Position numbers and translations under genes: made by a program. Below the pieces are notes generated by a model. It was given only the letters and a program-made list of their open reading frames with translations. It searched no databases and was not told the origin of the DNA. Below, in pieces: positions 15,847-20,000 of a DNA stretch of 20,000 nucleotides (position 1 is its first letter; each line of letters begins with the position of its first letter). Location of the stretch: sequence record SRR31156797_962. One strand, 5' to 3'.

Positions 15847-17615
15847 ATTGAGGAAGAGAGGATTTTGTTTTTGAATCTTTTCTGGCGGAAAATTTTCATG
15901 GCGTCTTTGGATTTGATTATTCCTGCTACCGTGCCGTTCTGATTGACCAGTGGTAAAAAGGACACCCCGGTTCTTTCAAATTTAATAATGGCTTCTTTGA
16001 GATTGGATTCTACAGGAAGTGATACAACTGTGCGGACCATCAAGGTGTCTACAATCTCAGCTCCGCCTTTTAAGTCTTGCGCATTTTTGAGGAAAGCTCG
16101 CATGTCACGTAAGGTAAGGATTCCGGCAAGTCTTTTGTCTTCATCCAGTATTGGAAAATGAGGGAATTCGGAGTTTAGCACCATGTCGGCGGCCTTGCTT
16201 AGGCTGTCGGTGGTTAACAGGTAGTCGAATTCTGTTTCCATTATATCCTGCAGTGAGACATTTACCATGACCGATTCATCATGTCCGCGTAGAATATTTA
16301 TGCCTTGACGTAATAATTTAGCTTCATAAACAGAGTAGCCCTTAAGTATGCGGACTACCAGTGCACTGGTGATGCAGCCTACCATCATGGGCAGGATTAT
16401 CTTGTATGAGTATGTCAGTTCAAAAACTGTGAGTACTGCGGTTATTGGTGCAAGGGTGGTGCCTGCCACAACTGTTCCCATGCCCACCAGAGCATATTGG
16501 CCGTGGGTGAGGGCTAGCTCCGGGAAAAGCATATTGATGGTTGAGCTGACCGAGACCCCCAGTGTGGCCCCCAAAACCAGCGAGGGAGCGAAAATACCGC
16601 CGCTCATTCCTGAACCGATACAAAGAGAAGTGGCAACTAATTTGGCTACAAGCAGAAGTAATGCCAGATCAAGGGGCAGTACTCCGGTCAAGCCCATGTT
16701 AACGGCTTCATAGCCCACTCCGAGCACTGCCGGAATCTTAAGAGCCATTGCACCCAGAATTAATCCGCCAAGACCGGGCTTAACCCAGCCAGGAATAGGT
16801 ATGTGGTCAAAGGTGAATTCGCAGAGTCTGATCATTTTTACAAAAGCAATGGAAACCAGTCCGGCGAGAATTCCAAGCATGAAGAATATGATCAGTTCTT
16901 CAAAATTGCTGAAAACAAATTTAGGTGCGTCGAAGGTAGGGAAGTCGCCCCAGAAAAATTTGGAAAGGGCGGATGCTGTTACCGAGGCTACGATGATGTG
17001 GCTAACGTAAGACATCTCTGTATCCAGAAGCAGAATTTCAATGGCAAACAAGGTCCCGGTGAGCGGAGCATTGAAGGTTGCTGCAATTCCTGCTGCGGCT
17101 CCGGAGGCCACACATACCGGAAGCATGCCGGGATCAAGACGGAATACTCTTGCTGCGGAGGAACCTAGCGAGGCTCCGATCTGCACAACCGGCCCTTCTC
17201 GACCGACAGAAGCACCGCAGCCGATGAGCAAGCTGGTAACTAAAGCTTTAAGAAAGGTAATGCGGTGGCGAATTACCCCGCCCCGAACCGCCAGTGCTTT
17301 GATCACTTCGGGAACTCCCGGACCTTGAGCTTCTGGAGCCCAGTTGGTGATGATTATCCCGGCGATCAATCCGCCTATGCAGGGTAGGAAAAGAACAAGC
17401 CACCACGGCGAATTGGCCGTCATATCAAGAAAGGAATTGCCTCCGGCCCAGAATAGGTGCTGGAAATTTTCAATCAGCCAGCGAAAAATGAAGGCCCCAC
17501 CTGCCGCGGCCATACCGATGGCTACGGAAAAGGACATAAGTAAAACGTACTGGACCCTAGGATTAAATGAGGTTCCAGTACGTTCTTTAGTTTTGGGGTT
17601 GGAAGAGGAAACCAT
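15843..17615 (-). CDS. CLC-family anion channel/transporter with C-terminal CBS pair
   Basis: 590 aa, highly hydrophobic, with GPGVP, GREGP, AAGIAATFNAPL and GGIFAP motifs; CBS pair (HFPILD..LAGILT.RD; FLPLVN..VAGII...D). Confidence 0.94.
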   Translation of the reverse strand: MVSSSNPKTKERTGTSFNPRVQYVLLMSFSVAIGMAAAGGAFIFRWLIENFQHLFWAGGNSFLDMTANSPWWLVLFLPCIGGLIAGIIITNWAPEAQGPGVPEVIKALAVRGGVIRHRITFLKALVTSLLIGCGASVGREGPVVQIGASLGSSAARVFRLDPGMLPVCVASGAAAGIAATFNAPLTGTLFAIEILLLDTEMSYVSHIIVASVTASALSKFFWGDFPTFDAPKFVFSNFEELIIFFMLGILAGLVSIAFVKMIRLCEFTFDHIPIPGWVKPGLGGLILGAMALKIPAVLGVGYEAVNMGLTGVLPLDLALLLLVAKLVATSLCIGSGMSGGIFAPSLVLGATLGVSVSSTINMLFPELALTHGQYALVGMGTVVAGTTLAPITAVLTVFELTYSYKIILPMMVGCITSALVVRILKGYSVYEAKLLRQGINILRGHDESVMVNVSLQDIMETEFDYLLTTDSLSKAADMVLNSEFPHFPILDEDKRLAGILTLRDMRAFLKNAQDLKGGAEIVDTLMVRTVVSLPVESNLKEAIIKFERTGVSFLPLVNQNGTVAGIIKSKDAMKIFRQKRFKNKILSSSI

Positions 17616-17632
17616 ATTGATTTCCGCCCGGA

Positions 17633-18580
17633 TTATTTTTCAATCAGGGCAATAGCGCGCTGAGCCAATTCGGTTACTTCAGGTTTTGAAATCTGGTCGT
17701 CAGCACCAACAGATTCACCTTTATGGCGAAGTTTATCGGTAATGATAGAGGAAAAAAGGATTACAGGCAGTTGCTTCAGCACTTCATCAGCCTTGATGCG
17801 TACGGTAAGGTTGTGCCCGTCCATAACCGGCATTTCAATGTCGGAGATAACTACGTTGACGAAGTCGGTAATGGGACGTTCTTCTTCAATGGAGCGTCGC
17901 TTATGTTCCAGCAGTTTATCCCAACAGGAGCGCCCGGTATTGGCCATTTCAACTGAGAATTTGGCTCGGACCATCATTTCGAAGAGCATTTCCCGGATCA
18001 GGGTGGAGTCGTCCGCAATGATGGCTTTGTAACCTGCATGGTTGGTCCAGTCGATGGAATCGTCCAGTTGCAGTCCGAGGTCGGGGTTAAGCTCGGCAAC
18101 GATTTTTTCAAGGTCGAGAATCAGAGAGATTCTGTCTTCAAACTTAACGACCCCGGTAATGGAGTCTTCGGAGAGTGTGGACACATAATTGGAGGGAGCT
18201 TCAACCTTTTCCCAGCTGATCCTGTGGATTCTGGTTACCCCGGAAACGAGGAAAGCAGAAGAGACATTGTTGAATTCAGTAACAATTACTTTGGGAGGTT
18301 CTGTTTCAACGCGCGGCTTTTTGAGCCAGTGGCTCAGGTCCACAAGGGGAATTACTTTGTTGCGCAGGTTGAAAGTTCCCATGATAGCCGGGTGTGCAAC
18401 CTTGGGAAGTTTTGTTATTTTATCAGGAATTCTGATGATTTCCAGAACCTTAGCAACGTTAACGCCGTAAAATCCGCGATAGTTGCCTTCGCCTTCTTCG
18501 CGCGGTTCTTCTTCAAGCCAGAATTCAACGATTTCAAGTTCATTAGTACCGGCTTCAAGTAAAATATCAGTCTGAGCCAT
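17633..18580 (-). CDS. cheV: Chemotaxis coupling protein CheV (CheW + receiver), paralog 2
   Basis: 315 aa with ILLEAGTNELEIVEF, YGVNVAKVLEII, ADDS, SDIEMPVMDG and DQISKP. Confidence 0.93.
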   Translation of the reverse strand: MAQTDILLEAGTNELEIVEFWLEEEPREEGEGNYRGFYGVNVAKVLEIIRIPDKITKLPKVAHPAIMGTFNLRNKVIPLVDLSHWLKKPRVETEPPKVIVTEFNNVSSAFLVSGVTRIHRISWEKVEAPSNYVSTLSEDSITGVVKFEDRISLILDLEKIVAELNPDLGLQLDDSIDWTNHAGYKAIIADDSTLIREMLFEMMVRAKFSVEMANTGRSCWDKLLEHKRRSIEEERPITDFVNVVISDIEMPVMDGHNLTVRIKADEVLKQLPVILFSSIITDKLRHKGESVGADDQISKPEVTELAQRAIALIEK

Positions 18581-18627
18581 AAGTCTCTCCGATTAAATTC
18601 AGATTCTGTAATTCGATTACAATACGT

Positions 18628-18657
18628 ATATTACGCTTTAAACAGTGTTATCGTCAA
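18628..18657 (-). promoter_or_regulatory. Putative sigma-70 promoter for cheV-clc
   Basis: Minus strand TTGACG-N18-TAATAT. Confidence 0.4.
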
Positions 18658-18681
18658 CAATCGCTTAAAAAAAATAAATGA

Positions 18682-19653
18682 TTAGCAACGGTCACGGGTA
18701 AGGGTGGATACCTCACGTGCAGCTTCGATGAGTTCGTCCCAGTCTTCGCAGGCGGTGAGCTTTGTTCTGATAGCCCGAATGCCGTCCATTCCTTTGGCGT
18801 AGCGTGGCAGTATGGATCTGATTTTTCTGAACGAGCGATTGCTGCCGTCAAATGCGCGGGTCATATGAATATGCTCTTCCATGGTCTTGCCGAGATCGAA
18901 GGGTGGCAAGTCAGCACATTGAGGATCGTTGAGTGACTTCAGGTAGCGCGCGAATATTTCGGGATCGAAAAGGGCGCCTCGAGCAAACATGATCCCGTCT
19001 ATCCCAGTCTGTTTGATGCACTCCATACCATCTTCTGCAGTGAAAAGGTCTCCACTGCCTATTACAGGGATGGATACATTCTGTTTCAATATAGCGAGCT
19101 TGGACCAGTCTGCTTCACCGGAGAACATCTGTTTGGCATAACGCGGATGCATGGTGATCCAAGCCACTCCGGCATCCTCAAGCCTTTTGGCGATTTCAAG
19201 GTAGTTGTCTTCACCGTTCATGAAACCGAGTCTGATTTTAACCCCGATTTTACCTTCACCTGCCACGCGAACCATCGTTGATGCTGTTTCAACCAAACGG
19301 TCAGGATCAAGGTGAAGAGCTGATCCGCCCCCTGTTTTGAGCACTTTCTTTACTGGGCAGCCTGAGTTTAAGTCAAAAAAAGAGTAGCCCTCATCTATCA
19401 GTTGGGGCATAGTATCTGAATAGTCCTGAGGCTCCCCGCCGAAGAGCTGGACCACCAGCGGATTGTCTTCCGGGCAGGTAGCGAGCAGGGCTTTGGTTCC
19501 TTTGCCGTCATATTTCAATCCCTTGACGCTGACCATCTCTGTGCAGGCAACGGCGCATCCTCGTTTGCGGCAGAGCATGCGAAAGGGCAGGTCTGAGTAT
19601 CCGGCAAGGGGCGCCAGCCATGGTTTATCTGGGCTTATTGGAAGTGATTTCAT
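18682..19653 (-). CDS. tRNA-dihydrouridine synthase (DusB-like)
   Basis: LAPLAGYSDLPFR, TEMVS, VQLFG, DLNSGCP (catalytic Cys), VKIRLG, GSGD and DGIMFARG. Start moved to ATG 19653 (323 aa); the longer ORF overlaps the predicted promoter. Confidence 0.92.
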   Translation of the reverse strand: MKSLPISPDKPWLAPLAGYSDLPFRMLCRKRGCAVACTEMVSVKGLKYDGKGTKALLATCPEDNPLVVQLFGGEPQDYSDTMPQLIDEGYSFFDLNSGCPVKKVLKTGGGSALHLDPDRLVETASTMVRVAGEGKIGVKIRLGFMNGEDNYLEIAKRLEDAGVAWITMHPRYAKQMFSGEADWSKLAILKQNVSIPVIGSGDLFTAEDGMECIKQTGIDGIMFARGALFDPEIFARYLKSLNDPQCADLPPFDLGKTMEEHIHMTRAFDGSNRSFRKIRSILPRYAKGMDGIRAIRTKLTACEDWDELIEAAREVSTLTRDRC

Positions 19654-19714
19654 ATTATTAGTACCTGAGAATCTTGTGTTCTTTGTTTGTGCGGCAATAA
19701 GTGCCGAGGGCAGT

Positions 19715-19743
19715 GAATTACGTCCAAACGTCCGCAAAGTCAA
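19715..19743 (-). promoter_or_regulatory. Putative sigma-70 promoter for dus
   Basis: Minus strand TTGACT-N17-TAATTC. Confidence 0.55.
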
Positions 19744-19786
19744 AACCTGCCTGTGTTTGTAGCATATATAACTCAGGTTATTTTCG

Positions 19787-19850
19787 AAAAAATTTAAAAA
19801 AATTTAAAAAAGGTGTTGACTTCAAAGGCGATTTCCATTTAAACCCCGCT
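19787..19850 (+). promoter_or_regulatory. Stable-RNA-type promoter P1 with UP-element-like A-tracts
   Basis: Phased A-tracts, then TTGACT (19816-19821), an AT-rich -10 region near 19838-19845 and a GC-rich discriminator CCCCGC. Confidence 0.6.
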
Positions 19851-19902
19851 TCGTTGCTTCGGCGGATCTCGAGTTCAACGAAGTTTTCAAGCCGAGAACG
19901 GA

Positions 19903-19962
19903 TTTGAAAAAAGTTCAAAAAAGTTCTTGCAATTTGAAAACAGAGCTTGTAGAAAGGTTCGC
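19903..19962 (+). promoter_or_regulatory. Stable-RNA-type promoter P2
   Basis: AAAAAAGTTC twice, then TTGCAA (19927-19932)-N17-TAGAAA (19950-19955), 15 bp before the tRNA. Confidence 0.55.
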
Positions 19963-19970
19963 TCACAAGG

Positions 19971-20000
19971 GCTGGCGTAGCTCAATTGGTAGAGCAGCTG
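19971..20000 (+). tRNA. 5' part of a tRNA, probably tRNA-Thr (anticodon outside window)
   Basis: GCTGGCG-TA-GCTC-AATTGGTA-GAGC-A-GCTG gives a 7-nt acceptor strand, U8A9, a complete D-arm and the start of the anticodon stem. Thr is inferred from the GCT 5' end only. Confidence 0.88.

Noticed and set aside
15843-17615. Fluoride exporter (CLC-F) or fluoride riboswitch
   Set aside because: Lacks the CLC-F signatures GNNLI/GMGLI, GREGT and GEVTP, and only 17 bp lie upstream.
19780-19930. Short tandem repeats as CRISPR or VNTR
   Set aside because: Only two-copy 10-11 bp A-tract units with no spacers; explained as promoter UP elements.

Overview
Core chromosomal window from a sulfate-reducing bacterium, most likely Desulfovibrionaceae (inferred from gene content, gene order and repeat style). 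In order: a minus-strand flagellar basal-body/export cluster (flgB-flgC-fliE, then fliF-fliG-fliH-fliI, with fliI running off the left edge); a divergent TPR gene; a stand-alone IMP-cyclohydrolase-type (N-terminal PurH) gene; long-form hflX; infA; a cold-shock gene; a small acidic hypothetical gene; cheV; a single-domain response regulator; hypD-hypE; a degenerate EAL-domain gene; a CLC-CBS anion transporter; a second cheV; a tRNA-dihydrouridine synthase gene; and the first 30 nt of a tRNA (probably Thr) behind tandem stable-RNA-type promoters. I see no mobile element, CRISPR array or clearly new multi-gene system. Best signals: (1) hflX appears to start at a non-canonical AUA codon, directly upstream of infA and a cold-shock gene; (2) the CLC has Pro at the central-Ser selectivity position and Ile at the proton glutamate; (3) a three-hairpin leader that can sequester the Shine-Dalgarno site precedes the half-length purH; (4) three sigma-54 promoters, one placing the uncharacterised TPR gene in the flagellar regulon; (5) a probably catalytically dead EAL protein. 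All motif comparisons were made by eye.
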